Positions 28,099-36,393 are shown, numbered from the stretch's first letter. The stretch: DNA of 61,411 bases from an uncultured virus (IMG/VR IMGVR_UViG_3300007516_000009) (IMGVR_UViG_3300007516_000009), one strand, 5' to 3'. Notes: generated by a model from the sequence alone, not told the origin. Program-made: numbers and translations.

Positions 28099-28173
28099 AA
28101 TTTATCTCCTGTTTCAATATAGTTACTATATCACGTCTGGAAACGATGTCAACTATTATTTTTAAAATCTTTA
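28099..28173 (-). promoter_or_regulatory. Repeated early promoter+RBS cassette, copy 3
   Basis: TTGACA..TGATATAGTAACTATATTGAAACAGGAGA. Confidence 0.88.
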
Positions 28174-28184
28174 TCTTCCTGGGT

Positions 28185-28418
28185 TCATGCCTTGCACACG
28201 CCGAGGAGCGGCATATTCAGTTTAATCTCCTTGATGGATGCTTCGACATTCTTATCGGGCATCCAGTCGGCCGGTGCCTTATAAACAAAGTAGGTTCGCC
28301 GCCCGCCGAGACCACCGTCACCGGCGATGCGGGCGGCGGCTCGTCGCGGCGAGGCCTCGGTGGTTACGAAGACCTTGCGGCGGTCGAAGTCGATTAGTGC
28401 GTAGGTCTCGTTAGTCAT
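28185..28418 (-). CDS. Hypothetical protein, paralog of 1324-1581
   Basis: TYALIDF..SPRRA..VYKAPADW. Confidence 0.8.
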   Translation of the reverse strand: MTNETYALIDFDRRKVFVTTEASPRRAAARIAGDGGLGGRRTYFVYKAPADWMPDKNVEASIKEIKLNMPLLGVCKA

Positions 28419-28541
28419 GTTCTGTCTCCTGTGTCAATATAGTTACTATATCACACTCAGAAACGATGTCAACTATTATTTTTTAAAAAAAATGGCCCAT
28501 TTTAAGATTTGTGTTCTTAAAATGGACCATTTAGCCTAGCA
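28419..28541 (-). promoter_or_regulatory. Repeated promoter+RBS cassette, copy 4, with upstream stem-loop
   Basis: Cassette plus ATGGCCCATTTTAAGA-N7-TCTTAAAATGGACCAT inverted repeat, also present at about 31505-31552. Confidence 0.88.
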
Positions 28542-28546
28542 GTTAG

Positions 28547-28897
28547 TTAGTCAGCGGCCCGCCGAAACCCCTCGGGGATGTATTCGCGCTGGCGCTTGAT
28601 GATGTAATCACCAGGCGGTACCAGCAGAGCCTCATGAGTATCGTGCGACCGAAGATGCGTAATCTCAGTCGGCACGGCCACTTTAAGAAACATTTCGTAG
28701 AGATCGGCCGGCTTCACGTTGGGCTTCTGAAAAGCTTTGACGCGATCCATAGTCATCACGTGATTGTGGCCCGTTTCACTGTGAGCGACCACATAAACGC
28801 CGCCCTCGGGCTCGAACGGCACGAGGTCTGTCGGCAGCTCCTGCAGACGAATGATAACGAAATCGCCCTGAGCAGCCATCTTAGTAAAGGTCTTCAT
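28547..28897 (-). CDS. His-rich small protein, probable partner of the DUF6745-like gene
   Basis: QGD..HSETGHNH..H.RSHDTH..QREY motifs; AGGAG RBS. Confidence 0.75.
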   Translation of the reverse strand: MKTFTKMAAQGDFVIIRLQELPTDLVPFEPEGGVYVVAHSETGHNHVMTMDRVKAFQKPNVKPADLYEMFLKVAVPTEITHLRSHDTHEALLVPPGDYIIKRQREYIPEGFRRAAD

Positions 28898-29136
28898 AGT
28901 ATAGACTCCTTTTTTGTCCGTTTCAAGAATTGTAGTATACTCTATTCTCACATATATGTCAATGGACTTTCATTGCCCAGAGAACATAATTTTCGTCTTT
29001 CGTTGATTGATATAGTCTATAAATTTTCACTATATCGTTAAACACGTAACCAGTGGAGTGATAATTAATGACATCCCGAATTGTTTTCGGAAGTTCGTCA
29101 AATAAATCCATCTGAAAACTATGAACATGTTCTTTT

Positions 29137-29511
29137 TTAATTACAGCGGCCATGCCGGCCACATTTATAAGCTTCTTCTTCTTGGCGGCGCTGATATTCT
29201 CGGTTTCGTTCAGACACGCCGCGGTTACAAGCGCTCTGTGCGCCTGAGTTCTGAATATGACTGCACTCGCCATAGCCAGGATTCTGCACAATTACTGTTG
29301 GCCGGTCCATATTCTCACCCATCGCGTCGCCGGCCATCGCGCCAAGTAGAACTCCAAGCCCTATAGCTACAAGCTGACCCTGACCAGAGCCGAATTGACT
29401 ACCAAGCAATCCGCCGCCAGCCGCTCCTATTACGGTGCCGCGCTCTTGGTTATTTGTTACACAGCCACCGAGCGCAATAGACAGAATTAGAATTGAGAGT
29501 GTTTTATTCAT
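29137..29511 (-). CDS. Glycine-zipper lipoprotein
   Basis: Lipobox [26 protein letters not shown]. Confidence 0.85.
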   Translation of the reverse strand: MNKTLSILILSIALGGCVTNNQERGTVIGAAGGGLLGSQFGSGQGQLVAIGLGVLLGAMAGDAMGENMDRPTVIVQNPGYGECSHIQNSGAQSACNRGVSERNREYQRRQEEEAYKCGRHGRCN

Positions 29512-29524
29512 TTTATTTCTCCTT

Positions 29525-29599
29525 TGGATACCCCACCTGGATTCGAACCAAGCCCTCCTGAGTCAGAGTCAAGCATTCTACCGACTGAACTATGGGGCA
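29525..29599 (-). tRNA. tRNA-Gln(CUG)
   Basis: Cloverleaf, loop CT-CTG-AC, CCA end. Confidence 0.9.
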
Positions 29600-29791
29600 A
29601 GCATTTCGTCCGTCATCTCTAACGAGTATAAACACAAAATAGCTTCTAGCCATGAAAACCAAAGAATGAAATGCCAGTCAGCCGAGAATAAATTCAATAT
29701 CCAATCGAAATCTCCACTGAGCGCCCAGCCAACCAGATATATGGCTGACCAAACGATCCCCGACGTCACGAATATAACCTGTGCAGAAAAC

Positions 29792-30040
29792 TTAGACATT
29801 TTCATGTTCCTGAATTCGATATAAATGATATCCGATATAGGTTCCGACGTGAACCGGCTCACACTGATAATAATCGCTGGTGAAATTTTCACCAGCTGGC
29901 GGATAGTGAAACTTCATATATGCGTCGGCCTCGGCTCGGTCGGGTTGATGAACTTCCACAATGTAGTGTCGAACTACACCCCGATGTTCTTCATCAGACG
30001 CTCGATAAACCCGTGCGGTCACTTCTGAAAGATCCATCAT
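29792..30040 (-). CDS. Hypothetical protein behind promoter cassette
   Basis: 82 aa, AGGAG RBS. Confidence 0.7.
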   Translation of the reverse strand: MMDLSEVTARVYRASDEEHRGVVRHYIVEVHQPDRAEADAYMKFHYPPAGENFTSDYYQCEPVHVGTYIGYHLYRIQEHENV

Positions 30041-30053
30041 TTTAAGACTCCTA

Positions 30054-30110
30054 TCAATATAGTTACTATATCACACCCGGAAACGATGTCAACTATTATT
30101 TTTAAAAAAA
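30054..30110 (-). promoter_or_regulatory. Repeated early promoter cassette, copy 5
   Basis: Same core; begins right after the tRNA-Ser CCA. Confidence 0.85.
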
Positions 30111-30111
30111 G

Positions 30112-30200
30112 TGGCGGATGAGCGAGGTAACGATCCCCAATCCATTCCTGGATCGCATTCCTTAGCGGGGAAGCCCAGAACCATTTCTAGTTGCTCATCC
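30112..30200 (-). tRNA. tRNA-Ser(GCU), atypical loops
   Basis: Long variable arm, loop CC-GCT-AA, GCCA end. Confidence 0.8.
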
Positions 30201-30205
30201 ATTAT

Positions 30206-30282
30206 TGGTGTCCACGGTCGGATTCGAACCGACACTTTACGGAATTTGAACCCGTTGACTCTACCGATTGGCCCACGTGGAC
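30206..30282 (-). tRNA. tRNA-Leu(CAA), short variable loop
   Basis: Loop TT-CAA-AT, GTTCGAATC, ACCA end. Confidence 0.85.
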
Positions 30283-30286
30283 ATGC

Positions 30287-30841
30287 TTAAGCTGCGATTT
30301 TAATTTCGCCCTCCCAGTCCCCAAGGAAATGAACCCAAGACTGATCCGACACATAAATTGGAAACTTGCGGCGCATTGTAAGAAGCTGATAATATGTCGG
30401 CTCAAATGGCTTTATCTTTGGGGCCCATTCTCCAACCGGAAGCCTCGAGCCTTTTCTGAAATTGCATAAATTACAGGCGCAGACTACATTATCCCAGTCA
30501 TGGCGGCCGCCCTTTGCTTTTGGGTGAACATGATCGAAAGTCACTTCCTTAATAGTAAGTGGTCGCTCACAATACACACAAATTCCGTGATCTCGATAAA
30601 AAAGAGACTCGCGGCGAAGCTTCACCTTCTCTTTAATTCGTAAATTATCGTTTCGAGCGATAACTGATGGCCATTTCATTTCTAGATTCGGCGTAAGGAT
30701 TTCCCGATCATATTCAAAAACAGCATGACATGTGCCGTTAAAAATACGCACTACTGCATCTTCCACTGGAATAGAATGTAGGGGAAAGAGGCTGATGGGA
30801 AGATATGTACTATTAAGTACAAGCGTTCTTAAGCCAAGCAC
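30287..30841 (-). CDS. HNH endonuclease (McrA-like)
   Basis: RDHGICVYC..TFDHVHP..GG..WDNVVCACNLCNFRKG. Confidence 0.93.
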   Translation of the reverse strand: MLGLRTLVLNSTYLPISLFPLHSIPVEDAVVRIFNGTCHAVFEYDREILTPNLEMKWPSVIARNDNLRIKEKVKLRRESLFYRDHGICVYCERPLTIKEVTFDHVHPKAKGGRHDWDNVVCACNLCNFRKGSRLPVGEWAPKIKPFEPTYYQLLTMRRKFPIYVSDQSWVHFLGDWEGEIKIAA

Positions 30842-31229
30842 GTGAGTTCTCCTTTACGTAACTAAGAATATAGTCGCGACTGTTGCAACTAATATAGAAA
30901 TGGTGATGTTCATAACCACAATCGGCAAAACAGATAGCACTAAAAATATCGACAAGAAAGATATGAACAGAAAGAAATATCCAACTGAAAACACGAATAT
31001 AGCTACCCAAATAACGAGTACTTCGAGCATATTAGAACTAATACAGCTGATTTTCATTTTATATCCATTCTGAGATATTCAAGTGCCTTTATATATTTAT
31101 CAATCGTTTTAGTCTTTTCTAGATAGTCCAGTTTAAGGCAAGAAAGATTATGCTCGATGTCGAATTGTTTTACTACTCGATTAAGAGTCCACTGTTACTC
31201 CATGTTGAACTTAAACGCTACTGGCCCAA

Positions 31230-31430
31230 TTATTTTCTCGGCTCCGCGACCAGGGTAATATACCCGGGCGTCGCCTCATCGATGTGAAAGACCATGCCGG
31301 CATAGTCTGCCTTGAACTTCTTCACGGCAGCAAGCGCCAGTGCCGGGAAAGCGCGTATCCAATAAAAATTGAATTCCAATTCGACCCGTGCCGTCGGCAG
31401 GTCGGTGTCGGTGTTCAGGTCGGTGTTCAT
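31230..31430 (-). CDS. Hypothetical protein behind promoter cassette
   Basis: 66 aa, AGGAG RBS. Confidence 0.75.
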   Translation of the reverse strand: MNTDLNTDTDLPTARVELEFNFYWIRAFPALALAAVKKFKADYAGMVFHIDEATPGYITLVAEPRK

Positions 31431-31552
31431 GGTTTATCTCCTGTTTCAATATAGTTACTATATCACACCCGGAAACGATGTCAACAATTATTTTTAAAAA
31501 AAAGTGGCCCATTTTAAGATTTGTGTTCTTAAAATGAGCCATTTAGCCTAGC
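31431..31552 (-). promoter_or_regulatory. Repeated promoter+RBS cassette, copy 6, with upstream stem-loop
   Basis: Near-identical to 28419-28541. Confidence 0.88.
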
Positions 31553-31562
31553 ATTTTGTACA

Positions 31563-31659
31563 CACGGCGCGGCGGGGTGGTTTAACGCAGCGGTCTTTAA
31601 AACCGAAGGGCCCGCCCTGAGAAGCACCCCCGTGGGTTCAAATCCCACCGTCTCCGCCA
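31563..31659 (+). pseudogene. Degenerate tRNA-Ser-like gene with UUA anticodon
   Basis: CGGT-CT-TTA-AA-ACCG arm, GTGGGTTCAAATCCCAC T-arm, GCCA end; top 3 bp of the acceptor stem unpaired. Confidence 0.6.
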
Positions 31660-31711
31660 TTGATAGTGGGTCAATTAGCACATAATTGCTAACAGGACAC
31701 TACCAAAAGTT

Positions 31712-31987
31712 TTACTTATATTCGTTAAACCATGCGCGCGGATAAATGACCCGAAAGCCTTCACCAACGTTGCGTGTGTTAACCTGGCTAACATCAACTC
31801 CGCGTGACGTAAGTGCCCGACGGAAATTCCGCACCATTTTCTCGGTCGGAGAAACGAAGCACGTCTTGATGTGTCGTGTAAGCGATGTCGGCGTGATGGG
31901 CTCGTTATAATCAACGGCGCCGAAATACCGCTTGAAAGTCTCGCGAATAGTGTCGTGAACTGTTTCTTCTCTCATTGTATTCTTCAT
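31712..31987 (-). CDS. Hypothetical protein
   Basis: ORF with AGGA RBS. Confidence 0.6.
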   Translation of the reverse strand: MKNTMREETVHDTIRETFKRYFGAVDYNEPITPTSLTRHIKTCFVSPTEKMVRNFRRALTSRGVDVSQVNTRNVGEGFRVIYPRAWFNEYK

Positions 31988-32120
31988 AAGTAGTCCTTTC
32001 ATATAAGTCAAGTTACACCGTATGGTGTTTCGGAACCCAGTTGGGTAATTCTATATATTTACTTGCTTGAACAAAATTTCAGAAAGTCGATTAAAAATTT
32101 GTCTTTAGGAATCGTAGATA

Positions 32121-32396
32121 TCAACTTTCTGAAAAAATAGCATCTACAATCATAGTTTCATTTGATGGCAATGTATCATACCAATTAAGGCGCTGGCGCA
32201 CGAGGTCATTAGTGTCCTGAAGTTTGATACGCTCCTCTTCTGGAGTATAACTCGAAACATTCAGTCGCCACCGGTCAAGATCTCTATACGGCTCATTACA
32301 AAAAACAAAAAGCTTACCGCGTAAATCATTTGCTCTCCACACCGAAACAGCCCACCAACCGCAAGCTACAACCATAAACAAAAGAAAATAACTCAT
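32121..32396 (-). CDS. Hypothetical membrane-anchored protein
   Basis: N-terminal hydrophobic helix. Confidence 0.6.
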   Translation of the reverse strand: MSYFLLFMVVACGWWAVSVWRANDLRGKLFVFCNEPYRDLDRWRLNVSSYTPEEERIKLQDTNDLVRQRLNWYDTLPSNETMIVDAIFSES

Positions 32397-32622
32397 AATA
32401 TCATCCCTTTAAAAAATCCAGGTTACTGCTATCCCGGGACCGCCTTTTCGCGCGGTCAGGTTTTAGTGAGCAAGACGTTCCTAAATGAAGAACTTTAGCC
32501 GTCTTCTAGCTATATCCGAAAAGTACTAGGAAAAATACTTATCGGCCTTTACCGGTGCTCAAATCCGGCAAATCTGTTTCGCCTCTTTGCAGAACTCATT
32601 TCATAATTCTCTCAAATCAAAT

Positions 32623-32699
32623 TGGTGCGACCGGTGAGATTCGAACTCACAACACACAGGGTTTAAATCTGTTGACTCTACCAATTGGCCCACGATCGC
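32623..32699 (-). tRNA. tRNA-Leu(UAA), short variable loop
   Basis: Loop TT-TAA-AC, ACCA end. Confidence 0.85.
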
Positions 32700-32704
32700 G
32701 ATTT

Positions 32705-32780
32705 TGGTGCACCCGCCAGGACTCGAACCCGGAAGTATGGAGTAGAAATCCATCAGTTTATCCAGTTAGCTTACGGGTGC
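32705..32780 (-). tRNA. tRNA-Arg(UCU)
   Basis: ATGGA-TT-TCT-AC-TCCAT. Confidence 0.92.
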
Positions 32781-33356
32781 AGTTACATCTATATAGTTAA
32801 GTTCTCCGAGACAGACAAACTTAGTCCCAAGAATAATAGCCATTCTGCTTGCATGCCAGTGCCCAAAAATCCAAAGTTCGGGCTTGTGTTGTTCCCACAT
32901 TGAACTTAGCGCTTGGCGTGTGCGGCTCGGATAAATTTCGTCACGGTACCAACTGAATAGTTGATTTGTGACTGCTTCTGGGCACTCGTGAGTCACCATG
33001 ACTCGCGGCTTTAAATCCAGATATTGCTGAACCAATAAATCAAGCTCTCGGATCGAAAGTTCTTCATCACGCCACCAAGAAACACCTTCTTTTCTCATTG
33101 CAACATCGATGCTTAAAGCACCGCCAATTAACATCATATCGTTCTCGATGGTTCCGTCGGGAATCCATGTGCTTAGATTAGCACACTCGCCTGGACTATC
33201 GTGATTCCCACGAATAAACCTGTGTTGGGGTCCTAGTTCAGGCGGCGCATCGCCGAACCCTATGCCGAAATCGCCAACTTGAATCGACTCTGGAACGGCT
33301 GATGCTATTAGCAAATATTCGTCAAACTTCCCGTGAACATCGCCAATATATCTCAT
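32766..33356 (-). CDS. Calcineurin-like metallophosphoesterase
   Basis: GDVHG; VGDFG; RGNHD; THE; FGHWH. Confidence 0.93.
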   Translation of the reverse strand: MRYIGDVHGKFDEYLLIASAVPESIQVGDFGIGFGDAPPELGPQHRFIRGNHDSPGECANLSTWIPDGTIENDMMLIGGALSIDVAMRKEGVSWWRDEELSIRELDLLVQQYLDLKPRVMVTHECPEAVTNQLFSWYRDEIYPSRTRQALSSMWEQHKPELWIFGHWHASRMAIILGTKFVCLGELNYIDVTAPVS

Positions 33357-33408
33357 CCCGAGTTCCTCTAATTAATTTAGTAATCATAACTTTCAGACCA
33401 AGCCTGTT

Positions 33409-33486
33409 TGGGGCATCTGAGAAGATTCGAACTTCCAACCTCTTGGTTCGAAGCCAAGCGCTCTAATCCAGTTGAGCTACAGATGC
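33409..33486 (-). tRNA. tRNA-Arg(UCG)
   Basis: CTTGG-CT-TCG-AA-CCAAG. Confidence 0.92.
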
Positions 33487-33498
33487 GAATTTAATCTC

Positions 33499-33855
33499 CT
33501 ATTTTTTTAGTTCTTTCAAAAGCCTCTGTCGGTCTTCGTTTAGTTTCTTTTCTTCACGAATTTTGATGAGTCTGGTTTTAAGCAAAGCTCGATATTCTTG
33601 GTCGAGATCCTTTCGGCTAAGTCGCTCGAGAATATCAAGTTCTTCTCGATTAATAACCGTCTGATTTGTCGCTAGGTTATATGACACAATCTCTTTAATC
33701 GGTTGTAGATCATTGCTAAGTTCGTTACTAAGCACTACAGTAGGGAAACCTAATGTAACCCAGCCGCCTGCTATAATACCCACTACAGTCAATGTACCGA
33801 TCGTAACTTTTATCGCCATATTATAATCCTCGAAAACCGCTTTGAGATTAGCCAT
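33499..33855 (-). CDS. Membrane-anchored coiled-coil hypothetical protein
   Basis: N-terminal TM segment; late promoter TATAAATA at 34011-34018. Confidence 0.65.
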   Translation of the reverse strand: MANLKAVFEDYNMAIKVTIGTLTVVGIIAGGWVTLGFPTVVLSNELSNDLQPIKEIVSYNLATNQTVINREELDILERLSRKDLDQEYRALLKTRLIKIREEKKLNEDRQRLLKELKK

Positions 33856-34020
33856 CTAGATTTACTGCTTCTTTCTCTCTGCATTTGCAGTTAACTCGAG
33901 CGGTTCCGCAATCGGCGCATGGCTCTTTTTCTTCAACTTTGGGCTCAAAAATTTCTTGTAAAAACTTAGATTCGTCCATTTAGAACTCCTTTATCATGTT
34001 CAATCAAAGTTATTTATAAC

Positions 34021-34095
34021 TGGTGCCTTCTCCCGGAATCGAACCGAATTCTGAGGTTTACAGGACCCCTGCATCGCCAGCAATGCTTAGAAGGC
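34021..34095 (-). tRNA. tRNA-Thr(UGU)
   Basis: Loop CC-TGT-AA, ACCA end. Confidence 0.88.
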
Positions 34096-34124
34096 ATTAT
34101 TCCAAATGACCTATACATAAGTTT

Positions 34125-34198
34125 TGGCAGCCCGTGACGGGATCGAACCGACGTATCTGGAGTCAAAGGCCAGCGCCCTACCATTGAGCGAACGGGCA
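34125..34198 (-). tRNA. tRNA-Gln(UUG)
   Basis: Loop CT-TTG-AC, GCCA end. Confidence 0.88.
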
Positions 34199-34215
34199 TT
34201 AAATAAAGAACCGAA

Positions 34216-34283
34216 CTGCATGTGCAGGAGTTGAACCTGATCTTCTTCTGCTGAAGCTGCTCTTCCGTTGAGCTACACATTAC
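34216..34283 (-). pseudogene. tRNA-like element with truncated anticodon loop
   Basis: D arm TAGCTCAACGGAAGAGC, CTTC-AGCA-GAAG, T arm CAGGTTCAACTCCTG, no CCA. Confidence 0.6.
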
Positions 34284-34369
34284 ACACTAATATTATATCG
34301 TTGATGCGACACAATTAATAGTGGCTCGGTTGTCTGTTCTTAAGCCATCAAACATAAGAGCAGACGCGT

Positions 34370-34452
34370 TGGAGGGCAGGGTCGGATTCGAACCGACGAT
34401 GTGTTATAACGGATTAAAAGTCCGCGCCTTCGGCCTCTCAGGTCACCTGCCC
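34370..34452 (-). tRNA. tRNA-Lys(UUU) with enlarged variable region
   Basis: GCGGA-CT-TTT-AA-TCCGT, about 11-nt variable loop. Confidence 0.82.
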
Positions 34453-34506
34453 GGTGGTTGTGGTCGAAGGCACTCACGAACTATCTCTATATCACATCTA
34501 TTTCTA

Positions 34507-34701
34507 CTAGCGGCCAGTGACGCAAATCACCCCGTGCGTTGCGGCCTCGGCTTCGTCACAGAGATTATTATAATCTCCGGCGATCATCCGCACCTGAATA
34601 TCGGGCCACTCGGCCGAGCGACCGACCTGTTTGAGAAGGGAACGCACCGTTCCCATGATAGCGAACGCATTTCCTTCGGGGCCGTTTGCATTGATGTTCA
34701 T
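34507..34701 (-). CDS. Conserved small phage protein behind promoter cassette
   Basis: GPEGNAFAIMG..GDYNNL. Confidence 0.8.
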   Translation of the reverse strand: MNINANGPEGNAFAIMGTVRSLLKQVGRSAEWPDIQVRMIAGDYNNLCDEAEAATHGVICVTGR

Positions 34702-34757
34702 GATTTATCTCCTGTTTCAATATAATTACTATATCACACCTAGAAACAATGTCAACA
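34702..34757 (-). promoter_or_regulatory. Repeated early promoter+RBS cassette, copy 7
   Basis: TTGACA..TGATATAGTAATTATATTGAAACAGGAGA. Confidence 0.85.
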
Positions 34758-34764
34758 AAAGATT

Positions 34765-34840
34765 TGGCGTCTCCTCACTGGATCGAACAGTGATATCCGG
34801 GGCTTCAATCCGGCGCATGAACCATCATTGCTAAAGAGAC
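34765..34840 (-). tRNA. tRNA-Phe(GAA)
   Basis: Loop TT-GAA-GC, GCCA end. Confidence 0.82.
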
Positions 34841-35169
34841 ATCCGTTATTAGTAAGTACGCAGATCCTTCTTCGAGCGTTGCCGCGCAGCAGAATTGCCA
34901 AGCTTCTTGCCCGACCCAGACTTAGCCTTAGCGTACTTCGAGATACAGCACGGACAGCGAGTCAAACGAATCTTATCGCTATACAGTGGTTTCATTTTAT
35001 GCGTTTCCTATCTTAAAATCCAACAAGCACACGGAGGTGCGCAAGAATTATTATAACACAAAAGAAAGCACTCATTACGCAAAAAGAGAACAATAAAAGC
35101 CTTGTTACATAATATAAACCGGTTTCAAGAAAGTCAATCATTATTGATCCTAAAGTTGGTGAGAAAGTC

Positions 35170-35354
35170 ATGTCCTTCTTTTAAATACCGAGTGTCCTAC
35201 CAGTTAGACGACATCCCATCTATCGACAGATTGCTAGGAATCGAACCTAGATTTCCCGGGTCTCCTTCAAAAGTTCTCCTATTATTGATTACCTGTCGCG
35301 CACAGTCGCGTTAATAGGATATGCGTGGTGTAACGCCTCGTTTTACTTCTGACA
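35170..35354 (-). ncRNA. Permuted tRNA-mimic RNA (YrlA/Y-RNA-like), copy 1
   Basis: T arm CTAGG-TTCGATT-CCTAG precedes D arm GTCTAACTGGTAGGAC; flanks shared with copy 2. Confidence 0.65.
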
Positions 35355-35360
35355 ATAACT

Positions 35361-35445
35361 TGGGGCCCTAGGACGGACTTGAACCGCCACGTCTTGCGAC
35401 ACTAGATCCTAAATCTAGCGTGTCTGCCAATTTCACCACTAGGGC
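35361..35445 (-). tRNA. tRNA-Leu(UAG)
   Basis: CTAGA-TT-TAG-GA-TCTAG, long variable arm. Confidence 0.93.
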
Positions 35446-35450
35446 ATATA

Positions 35451-35601
35451 TGTCCTTCTTTTATGCAGTTTGGTGTCCTACCACTTAGACGAACTCAACA
35501 TTGTTAAGTACTGGTACTTGAATCCAATATCTCCAAATCCATAAAAGTCCTCCTCAATTTTGAGGATAGGCGTGATCTGACACCTCGTTTTACTTCTGAC
35601 A
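35451..35601 (-). ncRNA. Permuted tRNA-mimic RNA (YrlA/Y-RNA-like), copy 2
   Basis: T-like arm, closed acceptor hairpin ACTTAAC-AAT-GTTGAGT, then D arm GTCTAAGTGGTAGGAC. Confidence 0.65.
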
Positions 35602-35607
35602 TATAAT

Positions 35608-35681
35608 TGGAGGAGCCGCCCGGAATCGAACCGGGATAGACAGTTTTGCAGACCGCCACATAGCCATTCTGACACGGCACC
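35608..35681 (-). tRNA. tRNA-Cys(GCA)
   Basis: Loop CT-GCA-AA, TCCA end. Confidence 0.9.
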
Positions 35682-35713
35682 ATTATTTTTTACACTACTC
35701 AAACGCTTTAAAG

Positions 35714-35788
35714 TGGTGCTCCCGGAGAGAATCGAACTCCCAACAGGTCTGTTATGAGCAGACAGTTCTACCATTGAACTACAGGAGC
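35714..35788 (-). tRNA. tRNA(CAU), Met or Ile2
   Basis: GTCTG-CT-CAT-AA-CAGAC. Confidence 0.9.
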
Positions 35789-35794
35789 TTAAAT

Positions 35795-35869
35795 TGGTAC
35801 CCAAGCAGAGAATCGAACTCATGATTTACCGGTAATCGGCCGGTCGTTCTACCATTGAACTACTAGGGC
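35795..35869 (-). tRNA. tRNA-Ile(GAU)
   Basis: ACCGG-CC-GAT-TA-CCGGT. Confidence 0.85.
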
Positions 35870-35875
35870 ATATGC

Positions 35876-35950
35876 TGGTGGAGAATATCGGACTCGAACC
35901 GATCAGGCTATCTGCGTGCAAGGCAAATCCGGGTACCCAGCCCATTCCCC
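35876..35950 (-). tRNA. tRNA-Ala(UGC)
   Basis: G3-U70, loop CT-TGC-AC, atypical D arm. Confidence 0.82.
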
Positions 35951-36007
35951 TAAATTAAGTTAAACCCTTATCACCTGTCTGAGAAACAAGCAAGATAGGG
36001 GCACAGT

Positions 36008-36081
36008 TGGTAGGGAATGAAGGTAACGCTCCCTCTTTTTCTGCATGTAACGCAGACACATTACTTTTATGTTAATCCCCC
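36008..36081 (-). tRNA. tRNA-Val(UAC), atypical T loop
   Basis: TCTGC-GT-TAC-AT-GCAGA, ACCA end. Confidence 0.78.
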
Positions 36082-36089
36082 GCGATAAG

Positions 36090-36164
36090 TGGTCTCCCAA
36101 CAGGGATTCGAACCCTGGTTCTAAGAGTGAAAATCTTAGTGTCCTTCCTGTAGACGACTGGGAG
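36090..36164 (-). tRNA. tRNA-Glu(UUC)
   Basis: TAAGA-TT-TTC-AC-TCTTA. Confidence 0.9.
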
Positions 36165-36170
36165 TTATAT

Positions 36171-36245
36171 TGGCGCGGGCACCCGGATTCGAACCGAGAC
36201 TTTCAGTTTGGAAAACTGAGACGCTACCATTACGCTCATACCCGC
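36171..36245 (-). tRNA. tRNA-Gly(UCC)
   Basis: TCAGT-TT-TCC-AA-ACTGA. Confidence 0.9.
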
Positions 36246-36393
36246 AAAAATATTCATTGGGTGACCTTTACCAGGTGCTTAGATTCCGACTGAATACGGT
36301 CCAATGAATGTAACCTATTCCCAAAAACCTTTTCAGTTATTTGGCCTGCGGTTCCCAGGCTTATCGACCACACCGAAGTGCCCGGCCGAATTT

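Noticed and set aside
27187..28122. 311-aa plus-strand ORF
   Set aside because: Antisense shadow of the GC-rich DUF6745-like gene, which has the promoter, RBS and motifs.
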